A stretch of DNA of 64,000 nucleotides from a bacterium (GTDB lineage: Bacteria > Desulfobacterota > DSWW01), in the NCBI GenBank assembly GCA_040756235.1, contig JBFLZG010000105.1, positions 32,001-96,000 on the forward strand, read 5' to 3'. Under the pieces are notes generated by a model. That model ran no database searches. It saw nothing but the letters and a program-made list of their open reading frames with translations, and had not been told where the DNA came from. Numbering within the stretch: position 1 is the first letter of the stretch; each line of letters begins with the position of its first letter. Shown here piece after piece: positions 1 through 8,800 of the stretch. The translations under genes and the position numbers were made by a program.

Positions 1-90
1 GGAGATGTAGCACGGGACTTCGTCGAAGAGAACGTCATAGGGGAGAGGGACCGTCCCCTGCCGGATCTTCAGCTCTTGCCGCACGCTCAT
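1..90 (-). CDS. 5' end of a probable PAS-domain sensor histidine kinase (runs off the window start)
   Basis: ATG at 90 translates MSVRQELKIRQGTVPLPYDVLFDEVPCYIS; LFDEVPCYIS is a typical PAS N-terminal signature; follows a receiver gene in the same orientation. Confidence 0.55.
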   Translation of the reverse strand, partial: MSVRQELKIRQGTVPLPYDVLFDEVPCYIS

Positions 91-103
91 GGCGGATTCC
101 GCC

Positions 104-481
104 TCAGACGGCGAATCGGTTCACCGTCTCGAGAAGCTCCCGGGTGTCGATCGGCTTGAAGACGTAGCCGGCCGGAGGCCGGATCTGCTTGCGGTGCTCG
201 ATGTACGCCTCGAGCTCCTCGGAGACGCCGGTGACGATGACGACCGGGATCCTGGAGGTCTTAGGATCCTGCTGCAGCTCGCGCAAGGTCTTGATCCCGG
301 ATTTCTCGGGCATGGAAATGTCCAGCGTGATCACGTCCGGGAGCTCCTTCTTTGCCAGATCGAACCCCTGACTTCCGTTCGTGGCCCCCAGGGCCTGGAA
401 ACCGTTGTCCTCGAAGAACGTCATCATGTAGCTCTGGATGTCCTCCTCGTCCTCGATCACCAGGATCTTCTTCGCCGCCAT
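104..481 (-). CDS. Single-domain response regulator (CheY-like receiver)
   Basis: KKILVIEDEED, DVITLDISMP (phospho-Asp), VTG, VFKP; GGAGG-type RBS upstream of ATG 481. Confidence 0.9.
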   Translation of the reverse strand: MAAKKILVIEDEEDIQSYMMTFFEDNGFQALGATNGSQGFDLAKKELPDVITLDISMPEKSGIKTLRELQQDPKTSRIPVVIVTGVSEELEAYIEHRKQIRPPAGYVFKPIDTRELLETVNRFAV

Positions 482-536
482 GGTTTTTCCCTCCTCATGC
501 CGTTTGACGTGGCCCGATACGATGCCTTGATTTCGA

Positions 537-1298
537 TCACCCCTTCGGGAGCCGGGCCGTGACCGTGTTTCCGTCACCCGCTCCCGGATCGACCCGGAAA
601 GAGCCGCCGTGGGCCGCCGCGATCTTGTTCGAAATGAAGAGGCCCAGGGCGGCGCCCTCGATCTTGGAGGCGAACAGGGGGCTCGAGACTTTTTTCACGG
701 TCTCCGGATCCAGCCCCCTGCCGCTGTCCCGGACCTGGAAGACGATCTGTTCCGCCTCCGGGAAGACGGACAGCCGGATCCGATGCCTGCCCTCGCCGGA
801 ATCCGCTGCGCAGGCCTCGAGGGCGCTCTCGAGCATGTTCAGGACCAGGGACCGGACGGCCTTCGGGTCCGCCCGGAGCTCCCCGGCGCCCGAGGCGATC
901 TCGGTCGAGAGCGCGATACCGGCCTCGTCGCATCTCTTGCGCACGGGTTCCGCCAGCTCCTCGACCAGGTCGGGTGCGAACACCGGTTCCCGCACAGGCT
1001 CACGATCTTTCGCGTAATAGAGGATGTTGAGGACCGTGCTCCGGATGCGGTCCGCGTTGCGCTCGACCATGGCCAGGCCCCTCGTCATCCGTTCCGTGTC
1101 GCTCCTGGCCGCTCCGGACTTCACCAGGTAGATCCCGCCGTCCAGGCCGGTCAGCTGCCCGCGGATGGCGTGAGAGATGGTGCCCACGAGGAGGTTGAGG
1201 GACGCCAGGCGGTCCTCGACCTCCCGCACGGCGGTTGCCTCGCCGGGCATCATCGGCTCCGGAGTCTGCCCGCCATCCGCTCCGCGGTTCGGCTGCAA
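537..1298 (-). CDS. Sensor-less histidine kinase (HisKA + HATPase) with degenerate ATP-binding boxes
   Basis: H-box SHAIRGQL, N-box LNMLESA, G1 DSGRGL, G2 GAALGL; TTG start at 1298 behind AGGAGG (ATG 1253 is an alternative). Confidence 0.8.
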   Translation of the reverse strand: MQPNRGADGGQTPEPMMPGEATAVREVEDRLASLNLLVGTISHAIRGQLTGLDGGIYLVKSGAARSDTERMTRGLAMVERNADRIRSTVLNILYYAKDREPVREPVFAPDLVEELAEPVRKRCDEAGIALSTEIASGAGELRADPKAVRSLVLNMLESALEACAADSGEGRHRIRLSVFPEAEQIVFQVRDSGRGLDPETVKKVSSPLFASKIEGAALGLFISNKIAAAHGGSFRVDPGAGDGNTVTARLPKG

Positions 1299-1404
1299 TG
1301 GACCTCCTCGCCAGGTTCCAGGCGCCACTCCGGGTCCACCCCCTGATGAGAGTATCCGCCGGTCGGCTGAGGCGTGGCCTGACACCTGACACCTGATTCG
1401 CGGC

Positions 1405-3147
1405 TCAAGCCTCTGCCTTGGACCGATGGGCCAGCTCCAGGATCTTGCGCACGTTCTTCACGAGCACCTCCTCGCTCACCGGCTTGTCGAGATAGCCCTC
1501 GGGAGGGCGGTGCGGCTTGTCGTAGATGAGCCGCCGAAGCTCCGGTCGCCCCGTGACGATGCAGATCGGGATGCCGGCGGTCTCCGCATCTTCCCGCAGC
1601 CGGACGAAGACCTCGCTTCCGTCGAGTTGCGGCATGGAGATATCCAGCGTGATCAGGTCGGGCCGTTCCTTCCTGGCAAGCTCGATCCCCTTCAGACCGT
1701 CGGTTGCCCGGAGGGTGGACGCCTGGTTGTCCTCGAGCACCGTGGAAAGGTAGGTGAGGGTGTCGGGCTCGTCGTCGATGACGAGAATCCGGAAGCCCTT
1801 CAGGGTGTGCACCGCCTTCGGCATCTCGGCCACCTCGATCTTCTCGGGTAGGATGAGGGCATTGGAGACCAGGTTGACGAGCTGCTTGACCTCCATGCCG
1901 AGCTCGTAGTGGCGAATGAGGTCGGTCAGACCGTCCACGCAGTTGTGGCAGGAGGTGACGACGATCTTGGCGCCCGTGGCCCTGAGCTGCTCGGCCTTGA
2001 TCTTGCCGGACTTCAGTCTCCTGGGGGTGTACTCGGACATGGACATGGCGCCGCCGCCCCCGGTGCAGCAGTAGTTCTCGGCCCGGTTCGGGTGCATCTC
2101 GCGAAAGTCCGTGCAGACGAGCCGGATGAGCTCCCTGGGCTCTTCGTAAAGCCCGCAGCTCCGGGCGTTGTTGCAGGAGTCGTGGAAGGTGACGGGGATG
2201 TCGTTCCGGGTCTTGTCCACCTGGATCCGACCCTCCCGGATGTAGCGCAGCATCGTGATGACCGAGCTTTCCATCTCGAAGCCGATGTCCACGCCTCCCC
2301 AGTTCGGCCCCTCGCAGCGCGTGGAGCGATAGCCGTGACCGCACTCGGAGATCACGACCTTCTTCGCGCCCAGCTCCTCGGCCTTCTCGTACAGACGCTT
2401 GGCCACCGTGCCGCCCAGGTCGTCGTCGCCGGAGAAGAGGCCGAAGTTGGTCATGTCCCAGCCTTCGCTCGGCATGGTCCAGTCCTCGCCGGCCACGGTG
2501 AAGATCTTGGCCGCGTCGCCGATCGTGCGCGGATCGTACTTCACCTCCCGGGGATTGATGGTGTACATGACCCCGGCGCCCGCCTTGTCGATCGGAATCA
2601 GGCTATGCCCGATCTCGAGCTCGTCCTGGAGCTCTTCGTCCATCCATTCGAGCGTCTCCAGGTAGTCCTCCTTGAGCACGCCCATCTGGTTCCCGATCTC
2701 CCACTGGTCCTTGCTCACGACCGAGACGCCTTCCGGCATGACCCCGACGTGCACGAGCAGGCCCCGGGTCATGCGGTTCACGGTGGCGAAGTCGACGCCC
2801 ATGGGGCAGTTGATCGTGCAGCGGCGGCAGTTGGTGCATTTCCCGAAGGCAATGTCTTTCAGCTCTTCGAGCTCCTCGTCCGTGCAGAGGCTCTTGGCCT
2901 TGACCCACCAGGGGAACACCCGCCCGGTCCAGTCCACGTGGCGCTTGAAGATCTTGCGGATCTGGTCCGCCTTGTAGGCCGGCGCATAGGTGGGATCGCC
3001 CGGGTTCGAGAGCACGTAGTGGCAGGAGTTGGTGCACATGCCGCAGTGCACGCAGCCCGCCAGCGACAGCACGATCTGCCGGTTGAGCTTCTTCTGCAGC
3101 CTGTCGATGACCTTCTGCGCTTTGTAGGATCTCGCTTCGGCGCTCAT
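1405..3147 (-). CDS. TmcB/HmcF/HdrD-like Fe-S + CCG-domain protein fused to a C-terminal receiver domain
   Basis: CVHCGMCTNSC and CTNCRRCTINCP 4Fe-4S motifs; ECGHG, HDSC..NYCCTGGGG..CHNC CCG motifs; C-terminal ILVIDDE..DLITLDISMP..YLDKP. Confidence 0.88.
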   Translation of the reverse strand: MSAEARSYKAQKVIDRLQKKLNRQIVLSLAGCVHCGMCTNSCHYVLSNPGDPTYAPAYKADQIRKIFKRHVDWTGRVFPWWVKAKSLCTDEELEELKDIAFGKCTNCRRCTINCPMGVDFATVNRMTRGLLVHVGVMPEGVSVVSKDQWEIGNQMGVLKEDYLETLEWMDEELQDELEIGHSLIPIDKAGAGVMYTINPREVKYDPRTIGDAAKIFTVAGEDWTMPSEGWDMTNFGLFSGDDDLGGTVAKRLYEKAEELGAKKVVISECGHGYRSTRCEGPNWGGVDIGFEMESSVITMLRYIREGRIQVDKTRNDIPVTFHDSCNNARSCGLYEEPRELIRLVCTDFREMHPNRAENYCCTGGGGAMSMSEYTPRRLKSGKIKAEQLRATGAKIVVTSCHNCVDGLTDLIRHYELGMEVKQLVNLVSNALILPEKIEVAEMPKAVHTLKGFRILVIDDEPDTLTYLSTVLEDNQASTLRATDGLKGIELARKERPDLITLDISMPQLDGSEVFVRLREDAETAGIPICIVTGRPELRRLIYDKPHRPPEGYLDKPVSEEVLVKNVRKILELAHRSKAEA

Positions 3148-3209
3148 TGTCTTCTTCCCTTCCTGGATCGATCGGATGAGACGGGGATGCTTGAGGAGTC
3201 CCTGGGCGC

Positions 3210-3902
3210 TTACCCTCTGTCAGGTGTCGCCGATCGCTGGATCGGGTACACGCCCCGGTGTCCCAGGGACCTGCCGATGTAGAAGCGCATGAACGGGTAG
3301 TAAAGGTAGTGGGAAATCTTGCTGAAGGGCACGTAAATGAGGAAGAAGGCCGTGAGGAAGAAGAAGGCCAACAGGTGCCCCTCGCCACCCAAGACGTCAT
3401 TGGGAGCGGCGAGCGTCGCAAAGAAGAACCAGACCGTCAGCAGCGCCAGAGAAAAGTAATCGTCCGGGGTGCTGATCGCCCGCATGTACGGGTTCACGAT
3501 CCTGCGCACGAAGCGGTAGCATCCCACGAAGAAAGCGGCGCCGGTGAAGATCTGGAACAGCCGCACCGCCGCCTCGCTCTCGAGCACCGAGGGAGCATAC
3601 GGGATGATGAAGGAAAGGGTGATGGCGGCCGTCACGCCGAGATGGAACAGCACGAACTGGGCCCAATACAAGGGGTTCATCCTCGTGCTCTCCATGGCCC
3701 AGGGCATCGCGATGTTGGCCAGAGAGTACGCGGCGCCTTTCATGGGATCGGTGCTGAGGCGGCCTGTCTGCGGCTGCCGGTCCCGTCCCGCCTTGAACCG
3801 GAAAAGCCAATAGAGCCTCAATGAATAAACGATTGCCATGAAGGCCAGCGAAAGCTCCTGCAAGCGGTGCGCGGAAAAGTGCAAAAGTGCGCTCTCTCCC
3901 AT
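3210..3902 (-). CDS. TmcC/HmcE/NarI-like membrane (cytochrome b-type) anchor subunit
   Basis: About 5 TM helices, FHLG, GHLL, VPFSKISHYLYYPF; directly upstream of the CCG subunit; GGGAGG RBS before ATG 3902. Confidence 0.78.
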   Translation of the reverse strand: MGESALLHFSAHRLQELSLAFMAIVYSLRLYWLFRFKAGRDRQPQTGRLSTDPMKGAAYSLANIAMPWAMESTRMNPLYWAQFVLFHLGVTAAITLSFIIPYAPSVLESEAAVRLFQIFTGAAFFVGCYRFVRRIVNPYMRAISTPDDYFSLALLTVWFFFATLAAPNDVLGGEGHLLAFFFLTAFFLIYVPFSKISHYLYYPFMRFYIGRSLGHRGVYPIQRSATPDRG

Positions 3903-3952
3903 GTGCTTCCTCCCGGTACGGAATGGTGACTCCTGGCAGCCTGACACGACAG

Positions 3953-4020
3953 GGCAAAGGGGAAAGGTCAAAGGGGCAGATGCTCTCTGCTTTCAGCTTT
4001 CCCCTTTCACCTTTTCCCTT
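3953..4020. repeat. Purine-rich/pyrimidine-rich imperfect inverted repeat built of ~7-nt units
   Basis: AAAGGGGAAAGGTCAAAGGGG ... CTTTCCCCTTTCACCTTTTCCCTT between the macrodomain and tmcC-like genes. Confidence 0.55.
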
Positions 4021-4027
4021 GCGACGC

Positions 4028-4555
4028 TCACAGGGCCTCGATCTGCTTCGAGAAAGGTTTGACCTCCCGGGTGTCTCGCGCGCAAATGATCACTTCTTCC
4101 AGTCCGCTGTTTCCGTTCATCAGATGTTCCCGGATCGTCTGGACCATCACCTTCGCGCAGGTCTCGACCGGGATCCCGTAGAAACCGGTCCCCAGGGGAG
4201 GGATCGCCAGTTTCTTGATCCCCTTCTCTTCCGCCCTCCGGAGAGCGGAGGCGACCGTCTGCCTCAGCTTGGCCTCTTCGCCTTCTTCCTGGAACTTCGG
4301 GCCGACCGCGTGGATGATGAATTTCGCCTTCATCTGACCGGCCCCGGTCACCACGGCTTCACCGACCCGGACCGGGGCAAGCTTTTTGCACTCCTCCTGA
4401 ACGGAGGGCCCGCCCCTCACCGAGATCGCCGTCCCGTAGCCCGAGCCGAGGGCCAGGCTTTCCGTGGCGTAGAAGACAAGAGCGTCGGCCTCGACGTCCG
4501 TGACGTCGGCCTTCATCAGATGGATCGACTTGCCTTTGAGCTTCTTCTCCGTCAT
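4028..4555 (-). CDS. Macro domain (ADP-ribose-binding) protein with non-canonical active-site loop
   Basis: ADVT (for GDIT), GEAVVTGAG, IIHAVGP, IPPLGTGFYG; canonical NAAN replaced by FYAT. Confidence 0.88.
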   Translation of the reverse strand: MTEKKLKGKSIHLMKADVTDVEADALVFYATESLALGSGYGTAISVRGGPSVQEECKKLAPVRVGEAVVTGAGQMKAKFIIHAVGPKFQEEGEEAKLRQTVASALRRAEEKGIKKLAIPPLGTGFYGIPVETCAKVMVQTIREHLMNGNSGLEEVIICARDTREVKPFSKQIEAL

Positions 4556-4639
4556 CTCGTCCCCCGTGTCTCTTGTGAAAAGGACGCTTTCCCCCTTTGA
4601 GTGAACGATCCGTCACATCTCGCCCGTCACAGAGGCCCG

Positions 4640-5089
4640 TCAGGCCCTGCCCTGCTCGAGCTCCTGCAGCATTCTCCGAACGCCGCTCTTGTCGCAGAGA
4701 TCTTTCAGCGAATAGTCCGCCAGGACTTGGGTGATGCGTTGATTGAGCAGCTCCCAGAGGATCCGGCATTCGCAGTTCTCCGAGCGCATGCATTCCTCCG
4801 GGTGGCCCACGCATTCCACGAGATTGATCGGCCCGCTGGTCGCCTCGTAGATTTCGAGCAGGGTGATCTGCTCGGCAGGTCTGCCGAGCCGGTATCCTCC
4901 GGTCCGGCCGCTGGTGCTGCGGATGAGGCTGGCATTCTTGAGGGATACGACGAGTTGCTCCAGATAGCCCTTGGAGAGCTTCTCGCGGCGGGCGATCTCG
5001 CTCAGGTGAACCGGCTTTCCGTCCCCGGAGTGTCTGGAGAGGTCCAGCATCAGCCGGAGGGCGTAACGCAGCCGCGTGGAGATCTTCAT
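4640..5089 (-). CDS. Rrf2-family transcriptional regulator (IscR-like, Cys ligands present)
   Basis: MKISTRLRYALR, YLEQL, SGRTGGYRL, ECVGHPEECMRSENCEC. Confidence 0.92.
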   Translation of the reverse strand: MKISTRLRYALRLMLDLSRHSGDGKPVHLSEIARREKLSKGYLEQLVVSLKNASLIRSTSGRTGGYRLGRPAEQITLLEIYEATSGPINLVECVGHPEECMRSENCECRILWELLNQRITQVLADYSLKDLCDKSGVRRMLQELEQGRA

Positions 5090-5122
5090 CCGCAAGGGTT
5101 CCGTTCTGGTCTGGCACCGATT

Positions 5123-5139
5123 CCTACCAAGGCACTAGG
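5123..5139. promoter_or_regulatory. Candidate Rrf2 autoregulatory operator
   Basis: CCTA-N9-TAGG dyad just downstream of the predicted -10 element. Confidence 0.4.
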
Positions 5140-5153
5140 CTTCAGGTGTTTTC

Positions 5154-5182
5154 ATAGTAAATGGGTATGCAAACCATGTCAA
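5154..5182 (-). promoter_or_regulatory. sigma70 promoter of the rrf2 operon
   Basis: TTGACA (5182-5177), 17 bp, TACTAT (5159-5154) on the minus strand. Confidence 0.75.
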
Positions 5183-5261
5183 CAAATTTTTTCAGGAGAT
5201 ACAGGGAAGGCCGGGGAGTCCGTCGGAGAGGCCTGCTTGGGGACCTGTTGGATCCCGGGAC

Positions 5262-5375
5262 GGCGCGGCAAGCGGCGCCCTACAACCCTCGCAGGGCGCT
5301 GGCTGGGATGACGCAGCCGGACGCAGTCTTGTAGGGGCAGGGCTTGCCTGGCTTGCCCTGCCCGAAAGGGGCTAC
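5262..5375. repeat. GTAG-type REP sequences (degenerate)
   Basis: GGCGCGGCAAGCGGCGCCCTAC and GTAGGGGCAGGGCTTG..TTGCCCTGCCC; same family as 60495-60553. Confidence 0.55.
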
Positions 5376-5431
5376 CAGGGGCGCTGCCTGCTGCCCCCGG
5401 GACCCCGGGGGGCAGCAGGATTCCCGCGTGC

Positions 5432-5640
5432 GCGGCTGTGTCACAAGCCGGTCAAACCCTCATGCGGCCACTCATTCCGGAGGACCCGGAGGCGCGGCCG
5501 CATGATTTCCGTCATTCCGGCGGAGGCCGGAATCCAGTCCCTGTACCCGGTTCCTGAAGCTGGTCTGGGTGCACCCTTCTGGATCCCGGCTCCCACGCGC
5601 TCCGCAACCGGGCCGGGATGACGAAATAGGACACAGCCTG
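5432..5640 (+). mobile_element. 209-bp non-autonomous MITE-like element (copy 1) inserted in a REP hairpin loop
   Basis: TIRs GCGGCTGTGTC / GACACAGCCTG; flanking GTGC duplicated (5428-5431, 5641-5644); removal restores ATTCCCGC-GTGC-GCGGGAAT; body similar to 16742-16950 and 34181-36315. Confidence 0.85.
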
Positions 5641-5820
5641 GTGCGCGGGAATGGCGGCCAGACTTGGGCGCAGGGCCGGATTCCGGCCCCTGCCCCGTGC
5701 CTGATCCAGCGCGCGCGGGAATGACGCCGTGTCTGGTTTCAGGCTGAGCGGGGCCGAAAGGGGGCTGTGCTTGTTCTGGCGGAGAACTGGCAACCGATAA
5801 CTGGCGACTGGCGAGGAAGG

Positions 5821-8800
5821 TCAGACTCCCTCGCCCAGATTGCCGGTGACCCAGCGGAGATCCACGAGGGCGGCCTGATAGTCGCGGCGCGCCCGGGCCA
5901 GGCTGCCCCGGGCGGTCGAGAGGTTGAGCTGGGCGTCGAGCACGTCGAGGTTGGTCTTGACGCCGTGCTCGTATCCCATCTCCGCCATGTACAGGAGCCG
6001 TTCCGCCTGAGCGACGGTGCCGGAGAGGGCGGTCACGATCTCGCCCGACTCCTGCACGGCGTCCACCACGGTGTGCGCCTCAAGGGAGATCGCGTCCTTA
6101 AGCTTGGCCTCCTCGATCTCGGCGGTGCGCACGTCGCTCTTGGCCTGGCTCACCAGGCCGCGGGTCCGGAGGCCGTCGAAAAAAGGGAAGGTGAGAAAGA
6201 GGCCCGCCTGCCACACGGCGCCTTCGGACTCGAGCCCCTCGACGTTGTAGCCCCGCCACCCGTATCCGGCCTGCACGTCCAGCCGCGGCTTGTCACCGGC
6301 GCGGGAGACCTTGACGAGCTCTTTGGCGACACCGATGCGATGCGCCAGCTCCTGCAGCTCGGGCCGGTTGCGCAAAGCTCCCTCCAGCACTTCCTCGTAG
6401 CCCGGCTGCGGCGACACGGCGGCGACCAGCGTTCCCTCCACCTCGATGGGCGTGCTTTCCCTGCCCAGGAGCAGGTTCAGCCGGTCCTTGGCGATGCGGA
6501 TGCGGTTCTGTGCCCGGATCAGCTCCGGCCTGGCGTTCTGCACCTCCACCGAGGCGGCGAGCACGTCGTACTCGGTGGCCGTTCCGGCCGCGAGCTTGCG
6601 GCTGGCCGCCTCCAGGTGCCGCTGCTTCTGCTCCAGGTTCTCGGCCGCGATGGCGGCCATCTCCTTGGCGAGCAGCACGTTGTAGAACTGCACCGAGACG
6701 TCCCGGGCGACCGCCTGGCGGTAGTACCGGAGCTGGTCCTCGCCGATGGCGATACCCAGCCGGGCGGCCCGGATGGCGGCGCCGACCTGCCCCCACGTGA
6801 ACACGGCCTGGGAGAGGGACACATCGGCGGCGGCCACGTCCCTCTCGAACGAGAAGATCCCGCCGAACTGCTCGGGGATGCCCTCGTAGAACTCGCGCTG
6901 GCTGTCGTCGTACTGGCGCGCGATATTCGAGGTGATGCTGAGATTGGGCAGGGCCGCGGCGCGCTCCTGCACGTACTTGCCCCGCACCCAGTTCTGGAAC
7001 TCCAGCGCCTTCTTGACGTCCTGGTTCTGCTCGGCTGCGATCACCAGCGCCTTCTCCAGCGTGAGAACTTCCACGGGCTGCGCCGCCTCCTCCTCGGAGG
7101 CCGCCTGAACGGGCTCAGGCCACGCCAGTGCCATGAGACCCTGGAGTCCGGCGGCCAGCAGCAGGACCGCAGCCCCGCCCGCCCCTTTCACGGCCCGCGC
7201 GCGCACCGGGACGGCCTCGGCCTCCGCGGCCGGCGCTTCGCCCCTGCCCAGGCGCCTGCGCACCCAGCAGGCAAAATCGTCGAGGACCGTGTACACGACC
7301 GGCACCACCAGCAGGGTGAGCAGGGTCGAGGTGATCAGCCCCCCGACGATGGTCCGCGCCATGGGCGCCCGCACCTCGCCCGCCGAGCCGAGCCCGAGGG
7401 CCAGGGGCATCATGCCGAAGATCATGGCGGTGGTGGTCATCAGGATGGGCCTGAGGCGCAACCTGCCGGCCTGGATCAGGGCCTCTTTGCGGTCCACGCC
7501 GCGGCCGCGCAGCACCTTGGTGAAATCCACGAGCAGGATCGCGTTCTTCGTCACCAGGCCCATGAGCATGATGAGTCCGATCATGCTCATGATGTTCAGG
7601 GTGTCGCCGGTCGCCGCCAGCATCAGCGCCATGCCGACCACGGACAAGGGAAGAGAGAGCATGATGGCCAGTGGATCCACGAACGACTCGAACTGGGCGG
7701 CCAGGATCAGGTAGACCATGATCACGGCCAGCAGCAGCGCCTCTCCCAGGTAGCCGAAGGACTCCTCCATTTCTTCGGTCTGCCCGTACAGGACCACGCG
7801 GTAGCCCGGGGGAAGCTCGAGGAGGCCGGCTGCCTTCTGGACCTCCTTGCCCGCCGTGCCGAGGGGCATGCCGTCCAGGTTGGCGGAGACCAGGACCTCG
7901 CGCCGCAGCCCGATGCGGTTGATCTCCGAAGGGGTCGTGCTCCTCTCGTAGCGCGCCAGGTCGCCGAGCCGCACCAGCGTGGGGCCGCGCACCGGATCGT
8001 GCACGGTCAGACGCAGGTTCTCCACCTGCGAGATATCGCCCCGGCCGTCTTCGGGCATCCGCACCTGCACGTCCACGGCGTCGCCGTCCTCGTCTTCGTA
8101 GGTGGAGACGGCCAGGCCGCCGACCAGCGCGCCGACGGAGCGCACGATCGCGGCGGTGTTCACCCCGGCGTCCTCGGTGCGCTCGCGGTCCACCACGAGC
8201 CGGTACTCCGGGGTCTCGTGCTCCAGGCTCACCTCGAGGTCGACGATGCCCGGGATGCGGTACATGTCCTCCTTGAGCCGGGCCGCGTACTGCTTGAGGA
8301 GCTTCAGGTCCTCGCCCCGGACGCCGACCATGAGCGGCTTGCGGTCGTCGAACTGCTCGGCCTCCATGACCGACACGACGATGCCCGGGACTGCGGCCAG
8401 CCGGGCCCGCACCTCGCGCATGATCGTCTTCTGCTTTCTGGACCGCTCCCTGCGATCGACGAGCTTGACGTAGACGGACACGTCCCGCACCGTCTCTCCC
8501 TCGCGCGCCCCGATGGTGCCGTAGGTGTGGTCGATCTCGGGGATTCCCTCCAGAGACGCGAGCACGGCCTGGAGCCGGTTTTCCGTCTCGCGGATCGAGG
8601 CGTCCGGTGCGGTCTTGAAGTTGAGCTGGAACTCGCTCATGTCATGGGGCGTGATGAACTCCTGCTCGAGCTGCACGAACACCGCCATTCCGCCCAGGAA
8701 GGCGGCCGTGGCGAGGCCCATGACGGTCTTGCGGTGGCCCAGGGACCACGCGATGACGTTGCGGTAGCGGTCCGCGGTACGATCGAACCAGTCGTTGAAC

